A stretch of 61,992 bases of DNA, filler included, from Stramenopiles sp. TOSAG23-3 (Eukaryota), in the NCBI GenBank assembly GCA_900128585.1. It is 6 parts of 6 records of this genome, joined end to end, with 100 filler letters (N's around TTAATTAATTAA, not from the genome) between each part and the next. Parts side by side here need not be neighbours in the genome. Positions count along the whole stretch, not along the records: positions 1 to 26,596 come from LT642272.1; 5 more parts are not named here. The stretch is one strand, 5' to 3'. The notes beneath the pieces are model-generated. The model did no database searches. It saw only the letters and a program-made list of their open reading frames with translations, and was not told the origin of the DNA. Position 1 is the stretch's first letter; each line of letters begins with the position of its first letter. This document shows, in pieces, positions 1 through 11,487 of the stretch. The translations under genes and the position numbers were made by a program.

Positions 1-107
1 AAGAAGAAGAAGAAGAAGAAAGAAGAAGAAGAAGAAGAAGAAGAAGAAGAAGAAGAAGAAGAAGAAGAAGAAGAAAAAGAAGAAAAAGAAGAAAGAAGAA
101 GAAAAAG
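1..107. repeat. (GAA)n microsatellite
   Basis: Near-perfect AAG/GAA run at the window start. Confidence 0.95.
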
Positions 108-298
108 AGTACCAAGTATAATACCAATAATAGTCGTCTATATATACGTATTATATAAAATAATTTTAAAAAAAGATAGTAATAACTATATAATAATAGC
201 GAGAGAGAAGATGTAAATTTTGATATTGTTGATGATTATTTACAACGGCACTAATACAACAAAAAACAAAACCACAAGAATACAAACCCATCCACTCT

Positions 299-3106
299 CT
301 AAGCTTTGAACCCGACAATACAAAACGATTTAAACTCCTCAAAGTTCATGTTGTCTTCGTCAACGGTCTTCAGTTTCATCATCGCACCATTGAAACCCTT
401 GCGTTTGCTCAAAGGGCCAAGGGTTTGGGACTTCAGGCACAGCTTTTTTACGTCCGGCATCGATTTGAAGGCAAACAGGAACTCTCGTTTCCCCATTTTT
501 CCAGTGCCCTCTTGGTCGACAGTGTTGAAGATGCGCTGCAACAGGGCATCCTCGTTCGCAAGTTTCCCGTCCGACTTGACGCTCGCACTGAGGTCCATCT
601 CGTTCGATTCCCTTTCCTTTTCGGCATTTTTCCGTATTTTGTCTTCCATCATTTGTTGAAAAACTTCATCGTCCTTTTGGACCGATTCTTTCGTTGCCGT
701 TGACAGCAAGAAGGCTTCGAACTCTTCAAAGGTGATTCCCCCTTCGCCATCCGTGTCCATTGCCATAAAAGTCCTGGCAAAATCCCGATCGCGCAGCAGT
801 GGCTGCAACAACGGGGACATCTTGACCAACGAAATAACTTCGTCATTAATTCGGAGGGCCGTCATCAGTTCGTGCTTGTCGACACTCCCACTCTTGTCCT
901 CGTCTATTAAATTAAAAATGTGCTTGAACCTCTTCCTTTGCTCCTCGTTGAATTTGACCCGGTTCTCCTCCGCCTCTCGAGCCATTCGACGTCGTTCTTT
1001 GCTGCTAATGCGGACGGACTTTTTCTTCTTTCGGAATATTCTATTTGGGTCCGCCCTCTTCTTTTTTCCCGTCGTGGACGTTTTGGAGGTTATGGGCGCC
1101 AGCACGGCAGTGCTCTTGCTCCCTTTCAGCCCCATGCCGACGGACAGCTCGGACAAAATATTTGACGACTCCCCCGTCATCCCGTCGGCCTCCGTACGGT
1201 TGAGCGCGGACGTGCTTTGGCTGCCTTTCCGGTTCTTTAACTTTTTCAACCGCCCAGGCTTCGTTGTTACATCGATCTCGGGCATTTTTGGGATGCTCAC
1301 GGATTTCCCGGAGATTTCCATCCACTCTAAATGGTTTGCTGCCAGCAGGGACGAGCTCGCAGTTCGTTGCCTGGAGGCAATTTCCCTCGCGTCTATCTCC
1401 GGCGGCACGCCAGTTTTGTCGTGTATTTTGTGCATGTGGGGAAGCAGGTTAAAACCCTTGTCTTCCACCGACAGCAAAAAGTCGCGCGCCGCTTTTGGGG
1501 GCGCAGAGCGAATGGAGTTCAAGGCATGGAACACGCTCGCCGGGGCGTCTATTCGGGTGGTGTCATAGACTTCGTCCATGCGGAACCCAGTCGTTTCCCA
1601 CCGGTTCGGCAGGTGGCTAACGAACGTCGAGGACGGCCAACGGTAGGACAGAATGTTTTGGGAGGAGTGGGACAGGTAAAAATCGCCCATGTACTTCTCC
1701 CGCGTTGCAGTCTGATCCCGTGCTAAGTTGAGGTTTTTGGCCCTCTTTTGGTCGTTGAACTCCGCTAGCCACAGCTTGTGCAATTCGTCCAAGCGTTCAA
1801 AGTTTTCGCGGCTTCGACTTTCCTCGTCCTGCTCTATCATTTTTTTCAGCCGTTCCCTGCGGTCAAGCTCCGCGCGGTCGACCCCCCAGAATCTATCGAT
1901 GGCTCTCTGGGCAGCCTCTTCCCTGGTCATTTCCCGCATTCGCTCCCGTTCTGCTAACATTTCTACTTTACGCCCGGCGAACATTTCCTTCCTTCGCTCA
2001 ATGGCCTTTCTCTTCTCTTCCTCCTCCCTCTTCTTGCGTTCCTCCTCCTGGAGCTTCATTCTCCGCTCCACCTCGAGCCTGTGCTGTTGTGCCTGTTTCA
2101 TAAAGTCTATGCCCCAGAACTTGTCGCCCTTCGAAGACTGCTCTAGCTCTGCTTTTGCCATTGCCATATTTGCGCTCCTCTCCTTCTCCCGCTCTCGACG
2201 AACGAGGGCCTGGGCCTCCTTCCGCGCCATCTCCTCCGCCCGCTTGGCAACCTCCTTCTGCCGGTCTCCCGGGGACATGTTTTCGCGCGCATTTCGGGCA
2301 ACCCTCATCCTCTGCTCAATGGCACGGCGCCGAAACATGCACTGCATCGCTAAACTTGCTTTCAGGATTGGGGGCTTTCTCATATCGAGCGCCATCTCTG
2401 GTGCCCAGTCATGCGGTACGTCGAACTGCGAAGTGCCGGCCCAGTTGTTGAAAAAATAGTGGGCGTGCGTTCGAGGGTCCCACACTTTTGAGTATTTGAC
2501 ATAGTTCTTGTGCTCCCCCTTCGGGAGAGAGTAGTCGTACATGTCTCCCTGGTCAGGCTCATCCCACCGTATGTTTCCGTTCCCAATGTCGTACCAGTAG
2601 TTCAAACGCGCGTGCGGGTCGTACAGTCTTTCCCACCGCAAGTGCGACCCCACGTGGTCCATATGGCGCGTGGCACGCTGGACGCGCACCCGGCGGCGGC
2701 CCTGGTGGTTCCGGACCATATTTTGCAGTTTTTGTATCGCCGTCAAGTAAACCGGCTGTTCGCCCAGGCTTTGCTTTGCGAACAGCGGGGGTTTTTCGTT
2801 CGTACTTTCCGCGCTGTAATTGTTGTAATAGTAGTAGTTTCCTGGGCGAACAACTCCGCGCTCGTTCGTTCGACTGTCCCAGAGCTCCGACCACTCCGGG
2901 TTGGAGCTTCGGTTCGCCACCTTTACGGCGAACTTCGGCTCCGTCGGCAAATCGTACGACGTTTCGCCCGTATTTGCAGCGTAATAAAACACACCATCAC
3001 TATCCTGCTTTTCTGTCCAGCCCCAAGGTAGACGTGGCTGTCCAGGGACGAGCGCCGTTTTGCTAGTCTCAGCAGCGTCCTCCGACAGTTTCCCTTCGCT
3101 AGACAT
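299..3106 (-). CDS. WW-domain, IQ-motif, coiled-coil and EF-hand protein
   Basis: First ATG at 3106 (MSSEGK). WW repeats (LPWGWTE..FYY..NTGETSYDLP; WERLYDP..YWY..G.IRWDEP), IQ-like motifs (IQKLQNMVRNHQGRRR; LAMQCMFRRRAI), EF-hand loops (DEDKSGSVDKHEL, DTDGEGGITFEEF, DQEGTGKMGKREF). Confidence 0.85.
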   Translation of the reverse strand: MSSEGKLSEDAAETSKTALVPGQPRLPWGWTEKQDSDGVFYYAANTGETSYDLPTEPKFAVKVANRSSNPEWSELWDSRTNERGVVRPGNYYYYNNYSAESTNEKPPLFAKQSLGEQPVYLTAIQKLQNMVRNHQGRRRVRVQRATRHMDHVGSHLRWERLYDPHARLNYWYDIGNGNIRWDEPDQGDMYDYSLPKGEHKNYVKYSKVWDPRTHAHYFFNNWAGTSQFDVPHDWAPEMALDMRKPPILKASLAMQCMFRRRAIEQRMRVARNARENMSPGDRQKEVAKRAEEMARKEAQALVRREREKERSANMAMAKAELEQSSKGDKFWGIDFMKQAQQHRLEVERRMKLQEEERKKREEEEKRKAIERRKEMFAGRKVEMLAERERMREMTREEAAQRAIDRFWGVDRAELDRRERLKKMIEQDEESRSRENFERLDELHKLWLAEFNDQKRAKNLNLARDQTATREKYMGDFYLSHSSQNILSYRWPSSTFVSHLPNRWETTGFRMDEVYDTTRIDAPASVFHALNSIRSAPPKAARDFLLSVEDKGFNLLPHMHKIHDKTGVPPEIDAREIASRQRTASSSLLAANHLEWMEISGKSVSIPKMPEIDVTTKPGRLKKLKNRKGSQSTSALNRTEADGMTGESSNILSELSVGMGLKGSKSTAVLAPITSKTSTTGKKKRADPNRIFRKKKKSVRISSKERRRMAREAEENRVKFNEEQRKRFKHIFNLIDEDKSGSVDKHELMTALRINDEVISLVKMSPLLQPLLRDRDFARTFMAMDTDGEGGITFEEFEAFLLSTATKESVQKDDEVFQQMMEDKIRKNAEKERESNEMDLSASVKSDGKLANEDALLQRIFNTVDQEGTGKMGKREFLFAFKSMPDVKKLCLKSQTLGPLSKRKGFNGAMMKLKTVDEDNMNFEEFKSFCIVGFKA

Positions 3107-3911
3107 TCTCTCACCCGTACGCTCGCTCAGCTCAAACCGGGACAGACTTGTTTGTGAGCACTCTCTATATAAAGTTGCACCAACAGGGGCAGTGCTTTTT
3201 CCTTTTAAAGAAAAACAGACACACACGCACGGATGCAAACCAACTGAGTCTCTAAGCGGCAAAAAAAAAGACTTTTCCCGTCTTTCCCCTTCTTCTTCAT
3301 CAAACGCACCCGAAACCGTTCTTCGATTGCTTCTGATTTCCTTCGCTGGAATGGATTAATAAACTCGCCCGCCGCTTCCTTTTTTTACTGCCACCGACGC
3401 ACCGTATTAATATTATTACTACTACTATATACTATTATTTTTTATTATTATTAAAAAAAAAGTCGTATTCGTGATTTGTTTATACTTGTATTAATATTAT
3501 AATACAATTATTATATAGGAATAAAGTCACAAAGAAGAATAAAACGGACATTTTTTTGCTTCTTCTTGTTATAAATTAAGGTTTATTAAAATATATAAGG
3601 ATAATAATGAATAATTCAATACAAAATGATTTTTTTTCTTCTTTCTTCTTCTTCTTCTTCGTCGGCGGAAATCATTTTTTTTAATAATNNNNNNNNNNNN
3701 NNNNNNNNNNNNNNNNATTTGAAAATATAATTCTACTTCTTCTTCTTCCCCGCCCCCTCCATCCTTGATGCCCTATGAGAAATAATGTTCTATTCAGAAA
3801 ATACGTAACGGGTGGTTACGTCTGGCGTACTTACATTTTTCAGTTTGTTTTAGTGAATTAGTTTTTTAATCGTCGTTGAATTGTTCGCGCTTGTTGCGTA
3901 AGTTGGTTTCT

Positions 3912-5480
3912 ATGGCGTCCCTTATGGCGTCGGCAGGTGCGGGGGCGCCAGCGTCTCGGTCGGAAAAAACGTTGAAACGACCGCTTTCCTTGAAAAAGGC
4001 GGCCCATGGCGGAAAGCGTATGCCTCTGTTCTGCATGTCCATTAGGGAACTGAAGAGATTTGTGGAGGCGGAGAAGTTAAGGAGTCTGGAGCTTCAGAAT
4101 TCTCGCGTAAAAAGAAAACGGCACGCGTTGCTCCCTGGAGAGTTTTTTCACAAGTCACTTGCCGTGAAAAGGATCGAAGGGTCGGGAAACGGAGTAGTCA
4201 CTGTCGATGAAGACCTTCGTATTGGGACTGTGATTGTTCAGGCCAAAGGGGTTTGCAGCGATTCTATTGACATTGCAGACCTGTTCGTCGGCCTTCTCAC
4301 GAAGCTGTCGAGCTCGGACCGCGAGACACGGAAGGAATCCCGAACGGTTTTGCAGAACTGCCGTCGGTTTTGCCCGAACCCTGTCCCGCAAGACTTGCTG
4401 GAGAAGGTGGAAAGCAGACGGAAGGAGCTAGAAAAGCTATCGAAGCTGTACCCGAAGGCGATGATGGGCGCCGAGGACATGCTAAAACTCCTCGTAAAGT
4501 TTCATCGGAACGGGTTTACGGCGGGCGTTTTTCCTTTAGCAGCCTACTTCAATCATTCCTGCACCCCGAACTGCGCCCACCATTATAACCCCGTCAGCCG
4601 AATGTACGAAGTGCGGACGATCGAAGACATCCGAGACGAAGGAACCGAGCTGACAATCTCCTACTTGGCGGAGGCGCGCTGGTACTTGCCGACCGACCAG
4701 CGCCGTACAATTTTGCAAGGGCAGTACGGATTTCACTGCATGTGCCGTAGGTGCAACAGGTCTTCGGCGCAGTGCACCAAGTCGATCTTGGCCGCAGAGC
4801 TTGGTTCGGAGTGCGCACGCTGCCAGCTGTGCGACAACGCGAACAATTTTTGTTTTGCCCTGGACGACCACCAAGGGAATGACCTACCGGGGTACACGCC
4901 CTGCAAGGCGTGCGGGAAGGAGAACGATGCGGAGCACTTGGATTCTCTGTTTTTAGAAGCATATTACGGCCTGAACAATTCGCTTACTTTGCCAGAGGAG
5001 CAGTGCGAGAAATTGCTCATTGGGTTGTACGACAACGCCAAACACTGGCTCCACCCTTCGCACTGGATCCTGTACAAACTGCACGATAGTTTGCAGCACA
5101 TATCGAAAGAGCTTGCGATCAACACACGCAACAAAGGAAAAAACAGTTGGAACACGGCCGTTTCCTTAGACAAGAACGGAGACCGGCTGGAAGCCCCAAA
5201 GGATACGGGCATGTCGGAGTATGCTCAGCACGTCAGCGTACACAGAAAGCACTCCCTCCTGCTGTTAAATTGCATCGGCACGTTCCACGCCAACGAAAAC
5301 TTGTCGTGTGTTATAAAAGAGCGAGCCGCTAGTGCCATACGCACGTACGTTTCGGTGATGCAGGACGAATCGCCGGAGTTGATCGGGAACGACCTCGACG
5401 CAAAGCGATTGCTAGCGAAGGCGGCGGCACTGGAACGGGAAGCGATCCGAGTCCAAAAATCTATTCGTGGGTTAATATGA
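3912..5480 (+). CDS. SET-domain (SMYD-like) lysine methyltransferase
   Basis: GSGNGVV, FNHSCTPNC, ELTISYL, post-SET FHCMCRRC and CxxC motifs; first ATG at 3912. Confidence 0.9.
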   Translation: MASLMASAGAGAPASRSEKTLKRPLSLKKAAHGGKRMPLFCMSIRELKRFVEAEKLRSLELQNSRVKRKRHALLPGEFFHKSLAVKRIEGSGNGVVTVDEDLRIGTVIVQAKGVCSDSIDIADLFVGLLTKLSSSDRETRKESRTVLQNCRRFCPNPVPQDLLEKVESRRKELEKLSKLYPKAMMGAEDMLKLLVKFHRNGFTAGVFPLAAYFNHSCTPNCAHHYNPVSRMYEVRTIEDIRDEGTELTISYLAEARWYLPTDQRRTILQGQYGFHCMCRRCNRSSAQCTKSILAAELGSECARCQLCDNANNFCFALDDHQGNDLPGYTPCKACGKENDAEHLDSLFLEAYYGLNNSLTLPEEQCEKLLIGLYDNAKHWLHPSHWILYKLHDSLQHISKELAINTRNKGKNSWNTAVSLDKNGDRLEAPKDTGMSEYAQHVSVHRKHSLLLLNCIGTFHANENLSCVIKERAASAIRTYVSVMQDESPELIGNDLDAKRLLAKAAALEREAIRVQKSIRGLI

Positions 5481-5728
5481 TGGGGGCGAGGGTGAAGGCC
5501 AATAATTTCTATCATATTATGTTATGTATCATACGAGGTTGTTTTTTTCATATCATACGAGGTAAGAATCTTATTTGCGTTCGTTGCATGTGTGTGGTGT
5601 AGTTTATATTAATCCTTTGGGTGAATGAATGCTGCGCCGCACGCATGTCGTTCTGAGCACTTCCGGACATTGCACGCCCAGGGGCACTGTGTTCTAAATT
5701 GAACCACCCGGGCAAACAGGGCTCTCAC

Positions 5729-7462
5729 TCAAACAGCCCCTGTCTTGCCTGCTTTGGAGTCTCTCCTGGCTTTCAGCGCCCTCAGCGCGGACATGCGGCG
5801 ATTCTTGGCAGCTTCTCTTTTCTGTTCTGCAGATAACGGTGCCTTCATTGCCTTTTTGGGGGGCGGGGGCGGGGGCGCCCCGTTTCTCGACTTGACTTGG
5901 GACCCAAACTGGACGCTTTTGGCGCCCTGTATTTGTCGCGCTTCCACCTCCCCGATTGCTTTGCCGGACGACACGGCCGCTGTCATTGCCACGCTCCCGC
6001 GCTTCCCGCCTCTCAACGGATTGCTCAACATCTCGGGCTCCACCGCCTTCCCTTCGAAGAAGTCTGCCCCTTCAAATGCTACGATTTCGGCATTCAAAGG
6101 CTCTTCGACTACGTTCTCCTCTCGTAGGATGGCGTTTTTAAGGCGCAGGATGTCTTCTTTATCGCGCTGGGCCATGACCTCGGAGTTGCCATTGTGGAAC
6201 TCCATCAGGGCGGAGATGGAGTCTTGGACCCGTTTCTGTATGGCCTCGGGGTAGTCGTACACCAAGAATTTGATTTCCTCTTGTACGACAAACGCGAACA
6301 GGTTTGGGTTTGGGGCTACCGTCCACTGAAGAATGTTCGAGAAGGGGTAGTACTCGCTGAAGGTTAGGTTCCATCCCGATAAAAGGTAAATTCCGTCGTT
6401 GCTCACTGCGCACATGGCCTGCTTCGGGGGACTGCGCTCCCCCTGCTGCTGGGAATCTTGCGTCATCACTTTCACCGCAAACATGCTCGCGCCGTAGTAC
6501 GCAACGGCGTCTTCCACCATTTCTATGAGCTCGAGCTCTACGCTCAGGGCACTCTGGTTTTTTGAAAGGGCATTTACTTCCGCAAGGACGTCTCTCTCGA
6601 CGGAATCGTGCCCGAACCGGTCCATGATGGCGGGAGAAATCACGTCTCGGACCTTAACCTGGCCGGTTATCCCGCGGAGCCGGAGCGCGATGATCTGCAG
6701 GGCCGCGCACTTGATGGCGCGCTTCACCGACAGGGAGTACATCCCGTTCGATATGCGGTGGCAGCATTCGAGGTACTTCAGGCGGTGCGACCCACTTCCC
6801 TTGGGCGAGGACATGGCCTTGATCGCCATGTTGTCGAACGGGCCGCTGGGAAGGTAGTAATTCTGCTGGTAGACCAGGCGGCAGCTCCCGTCGATCTCGG
6901 CCGCCGGCGGCCAGTCGGCCATTACGTCCACGATCCTCACGTCCTCGTCTAGTGGCAAATAGTTTCCGAACCCGTACTGGACCACCCCACAGACCCCGTC
7001 GAACGGGATCTTGAGGGCTACTTTCAATAGCATGTTCATCTCCCCGATGACCGTGTATTGGTCAAAGGTGATCGACACGTGGACGGCCGTGTTGACTAAA
7101 AACACGCGGGCAAGCCCGGCTTTGATGAGCGTGCCGGACTCGTCGACTTCCAGGTCTCGGAGAAGGGAGGAGAGCGGGCCCGGTTCCCCGGTCCTCGCCA
7201 GCTTCATCGACGCCCGCCTCTCTTGGGCTACTTCTTTCATCATGGTGATGGACGCGCGCGCGTGCTTCTTGACGGTCTTGCCCGCAGCCTTGGCAATTTC
7301 AGCCGCCTTCTCCATCGCCTCCACCACACTCTGACGCTTGGTCTTCTTCTTCTCCTTCGTTGGCGGTGCCCCAAACGAGTGCCCACCGTCGTGCGTAAAG
7401 TTCTTCAACGCATTCTTGGTCTTTACCTTTCCCCTAGTTGTGCTTCCAGTGAATGAGGCCAT
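5729..7462 (-). CDS. FERM-domain protein with proline-rich C-terminus
   Basis: FERM-like segments (RLVYQQNYYLP, YLEC..RI..G.Y.LS..A.K.AALQ, YYGASMFAVK, AVSNDGIYLL, YPFSNILQW) followed by PPPPPP. Confidence 0.8.
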   Translation of the reverse strand: MASFTGSTTRGKVKTKNALKNFTHDGGHSFGAPPTKEKKKTKRQSVVEAMEKAAEIAKAAGKTVKKHARASITMMKEVAQERRASMKLARTGEPGPLSSLLRDLEVDESGTLIKAGLARVFLVNTAVHVSITFDQYTVIGEMNMLLKVALKIPFDGVCGVVQYGFGNYLPLDEDVRIVDVMADWPPAAEIDGSCRLVYQQNYYLPSGPFDNMAIKAMSSPKGSGSHRLKYLECCHRISNGMYSLSVKRAIKCAALQIIALRLRGITGQVKVRDVISPAIMDRFGHDSVERDVLAEVNALSKNQSALSVELELIEMVEDAVAYYGASMFAVKVMTQDSQQQGERSPPKQAMCAVSNDGIYLLSGWNLTFSEYYPFSNILQWTVAPNPNLFAFVVQEEIKFLVYDYPEAIQKRVQDSISALMEFHNGNSEVMAQRDKEDILRLKNAILREENVVEEPLNAEIVAFEGADFFEGKAVEPEMLSNPLRGGKRGSVAMTAAVSSGKAIGEVEARQIQGAKSVQFGSQVKSRNGAPPPPPPKKAMKAPLSAEQKREAAKNRRMSALRALKARRDSKAGKTGAV

Positions 7463-8686
7463 CCTGAAAGGTCTGTCTGTCCTGTCGCTTTAATGTCCGC
7501 TGGACGTGTATATCTATATACTGTAATAGGTACCGTGCGCGTGTGTGGTGGCGTCCGTTGGTGGTGGTTCTCTACGTGTATATAAATAAAACAAACAGAG
7601 AGAGAAAAAAGCACGAAAGGCGGAGGGAAGTCGTCAAACGGGGAAGTAAAAAGTGTCAACTTGGGCTTGTTGTAATAACAACAACAAAAAAAAGAAACTA
7701 GTTACGTAAACAGAACGATGAGTAAATTTAGTTCCCTCCAATTTATTAGTTCAAGGGTTGTTGTTCGTTAAGCTATTTAAACTTTCCATATATAACAAAC
7801 AACTGTATGTATGTTTGTATGTATTTATGTATGTGTGTGGTCTATTTTTTTTATTATTACATGAATGAACGCGTCCGTCGTGTATTTTTTTAATATTTTA
7901 ATACCAATGTGGGGTGGGTTCTCTTGTTCTCTTCTTCTCTTGTTTTCTTGTTCTCTTTTCTTCTTAGACTATCATTGTACTTAAATTATATTGTCGTATT
8001 ATTATTATTATTTATTTTATCAAATCTGAAGAGAGATCAAATAAATCATAAATTAAGGATATATATATATTATAATAATAATAATATGATGATGATATTA
8101 TAAATCTGTATATCTACAATTAGTTATCTATTCCAAATTGGTCTTATATTATTATTCCTATATATACATTTCCTTAATGTGTTGGTCTTCTCTCTCTTCT
8201 TCTCTCTCTTCAGCCCTGATTCTTTCTTTCTATTTTCGATCTTCCTTCCTTCCTTCCTTCCTTCCTTTCTTTCTTTCTTTCTTCATTCGATCTTCTCTTC
8301 TTTCTTAGACTAATAATAATAATGTATTATAAAGGGTCGATATCTACTTTTAGTCTACAATAGTCTAGTAATACGAAGTATTATAAATAAGTATAGAGAT
8401 AACACAGTTTAATTAGAAAATAGAGGAGTTAAAAGTTAACTTTTTTTTTTTTTTATTAGATTTACTACCATTACTACAGTGTACACTATACAACTACTAC
8501 TGACAACGAACATTAGCTTATAATAATAAAAATAAATAGACTAATAAACTTCTGCTGAATGAAATATTTTAAATGGCTTTGATTTATTTATTATTTTTAT
8601 ATATAATTTTAATGATTCCATTTGGACTTATTTCCCTTCTTCTTCTTAGGGCTTTTTTAGTGCTCTTGTTATCTGTATAAGTTGGA

Positions 8687-8726
8687 TTTAGTTTTAGTTT
8701 TAGTTTTAGTTTTAGTTTTAGTTTTA
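8687..8726. repeat. (TTTTAG)n hexamer microsatellite
   Basis: About 6 tandem copies; a similar (TTTTAA)n run lies at about 8903-8947. Confidence 0.85.
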
Positions 8727-9291
8727 ATAATTTACCATAGTGAAGCTATATAAATATATAAATAAATGTATGTATTCCATAGTGTACACTATATAAAATA
8801 TAATATAGAAAGAGGGACTATAACTACAGTACGTAGTCGTATTATATAAAGATAGAAATAACTAGAACAAGAGAACTTCCCACTCTTTCCATTAAAAAAT
8901 TATTTTAATTTTAATTTTAATTTTAATTTTAATTTTAATTTTAATTTCATTTGATTTTAAATTTGGATCTTTTCTTTTAAATTATACTTAATTTATATTT
9001 ATACTATTTAAATAGACGACTAGTCCATTAACCATCTTCTTTTTTTAATATTTTCCACTATTAACGACACTACCAAAATCTAGTATTCTAATGTACGTAC
9101 AGTATATGGTGTAGTTTCATAAATAGGGTTAGCCAATTGAATTCTAATTCATTCTTCTGGAGTGGCAATTTTTTATGATTCAATACTTTAATGAGCAAAC
9201 ACACACAGAAAATGCATTGACATTTATTGGTGGACGAAACCAAAAGAGTGGTTCTTCGTGCGGGTGTGGGGTGGCGTGGTACCATTCCGTT

Positions 9292-10551
9292 TTATTTCCA
9301 ACATCTATTTTTTAACACTTTCACGCCACTCTCTTCGTACTCTTCTTTGGAGACCCAGAGTTGTTGGAAGGAGCCGAGGGAGGCGAGAATGGACCCACCC
9401 GTCCACGCGCTGACCCGGCTCTCTAAGCGCCCCGGGGTAACGAACCGCATGTTCAGTGCCTTTGGCAGAATACTATTGCACTCCAGGTTCAGGCGTTGCT
9501 GGATACCTTTGAAGCAGTTGTTCCCGCCCGCCAGGATGCAGTTGTTCGCAAGGGTCTTGCGAATGTCGACACTCGAGCAGGACAAGCTCTCCGCGATCAA
9601 CTCGGGGAGCGAAACAAAATCCCTGCCATTACTATCACTATCACTACCACTACTACCCCCCCCAGAACTTCGCAACGGCGAGCAGTCCATCAAAAGCTCC
9701 GGTACGGTGTACCGGCACAGCCGAAGGTCGACGTGATTCCCGTCCGGGAGCTCAAAGACGTCCGCGGGGACCTTCTCCGCGAGCGCCTTGTTGAACGGCG
9801 TGCGCGGCATGGTGCAAAAGTACTCCTTGGCGTCCGCCGCGATTTGCAATTTACAGAATTCAAGGTACGCCGAATCGACGTGCGAGGCATCGACGTCGGG
9901 GGTAAGCACCGTGCCGTCGCTTTGGGGCTCTTTGCGAAAGGTGAACGACGGCCTGACCTTCGCCCCGGTCTTCTCTATGGCCTTCAGCAGTTCCCCGGAC
10001 AGCACGTCGCCCCCCAGCTTTGACCGCCGGACCCCTTTCAACAGCACGTGCCCCTCGTACACGGGCACCGTGGACGACCCCTGCCGCCCCGAGTCCAGCA
10101 CCAGCGCCGTGGGGCGCCCGGACGCGAACGCCGACGCCGACGCCTTTCGCTGGAACCAGGCGTGGGGCACCTCGAACGTCTCGAATAGAATCTCCGCGTA
10201 CTTTGCCGTGTCCTCCAGCGGGGCCCATGAGGGGAGCACCGCCATCGCGGGGCTCTCTTTCGACGGCCCACGCTCTCGGTTCTCGTAAAAGCCTTCCCAC
10301 AGCTTCTCCACGCAGTCCCAGTCGTCGATGTCCCCGTCCTTCATAGGGTTCTTCAAGGCCGTGTTGCCCTGCAAGCAGTGGAACCCAACCGCAACTTCAC
10401 CCACACCTTTGCATGCGCTCGAGTCATTCGCGTCGTACGCCATGTCAGAGGGCGTCATGTACTTTGGAAGGGCATCCCCCGCGTTCCCAAACAGGGAGTA
10501 ACGCCCACCGATTTCACCGATCACGGCGCCAGTATCGTCCCCACAGAACAT
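9292..10551 (-). CDS. ARP4: Actin-related protein 4 (ARP4/ACTL6-like)
   Basis: Start MFCGDDTGAVIGEIG..GNAGDALPK, actin-fold motifs (EILFETFEVP, SAFASGRPTALVLD, FELPDG) and ARP4-type C-terminus SAWTGGSILASLGSFQQLWVSKEEYEE. Confidence 0.9.
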   Translation of the reverse strand: MFCGDDTGAVIGEIGGRYSLFGNAGDALPKYMTPSDMAYDANDSSACKGVGEVAVGFHCLQGNTALKNPMKDGDIDDWDCVEKLWEGFYENRERGPSKESPAMAVLPSWAPLEDTAKYAEILFETFEVPHAWFQRKASASAFASGRPTALVLDSGRQGSSTVPVYEGHVLLKGVRRSKLGGDVLSGELLKAIEKTGAKVRPSFTFRKEPQSDGTVLTPDVDASHVDSAYLEFCKLQIAADAKEYFCTMPRTPFNKALAEKVPADVFELPDGNHVDLRLCRYTVPELLMDCSPLRSSGGGSSGSDSDSNGRDFVSLPELIAESLSCSSVDIRKTLANNCILAGGNNCFKGIQQRLNLECNSILPKALNMRFVTPGRLESRVSAWTGGSILASLGSFQQLWVSKEEYEESGVKVLKNRCWK

Positions 10552-11487
10552 GAAGCAGGCCTGATGATGATTTCGTATCGGACAACGACAAAGAAACGAA
10601 CGAACGAACGAGCGAAAGACGACGCGGGAAAGAGGAAGACAAACAAACGTTTTAAGAAGCCAAATGCTCAATGCCACTTTTTCATTCATTTCTCTGTAGG
10701 TAAACAATTATTAGTCTCTCCTGTTATTTAACAAAACAACATTTTTTTTTTTATTATTATATTTAGTCTAGTCTAGTCTGTTCTAAAATATAAATAATAA
10801 TAAATATAAAAAAAAACTTAGAGACTACCGAGTTGGTATTATTAATACAATAATAAAAAATAAATTAAAAAAATGAGAAGATGATGATGAATGTATGAAG
10901 GAGGAGTGGTTGTGGTGTGTGGGAAGACTGACTTTTTAATATTTTTTATAAATAATTATAGAGAGTACCTATATAATAGTAGTAAGTAGCCTTCCTTCCT
11001 TCCTTCCTCCTTCTTCCTCCTTCTTCTTTTTTAATTATATAAATATATTGTGATAGAAGAAGACTAATAATTATTTTATTTTTTATAATAATAGTAGTAG
11101 TAGTATTATAGTGTCTAGTAATGTAATCTGATAGATTATTTAATGATGTAACTTGCAATAATATTTTTTGGTGGTGGTTGGTTTGTTTGTGTTGTTTGAA
11201 GTTAGGACTTTTTTTTTTGATTAAACAAAATTTGTTGACTACGATATCACATGAAGTATAAATTTATTGTTCCTATTGCTACGAATACGTCACATAGAAG
11301 TGAAGTTATAGGTTAGAACTTGAAAATAGTGGATGGTATGTATTTGAATGTTGCATTAAGCATACCTTCCTTTTGTATAATTTGTATTTTGAATTTTGTA
11401 ACCGTATTGACAGAGTGAACTCCCACAACCCAGCCGAACGCCTTTTGGAACTTTTTTTCTCTCGAGGGGGTGAGGTATACAATAAAT

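Noticed and set aside
5620-5728. U1-like CATTGCAC loop or snoRNA in the convergent spacer
   Set aside because: No ACTTACCTG 5' end, Sm site or proper C/D boxes
8687-8726. Telomeric repeat
   Set aside because: Short, internal, lacks G-runs and sits beside a similar TTTTAA microsatellite
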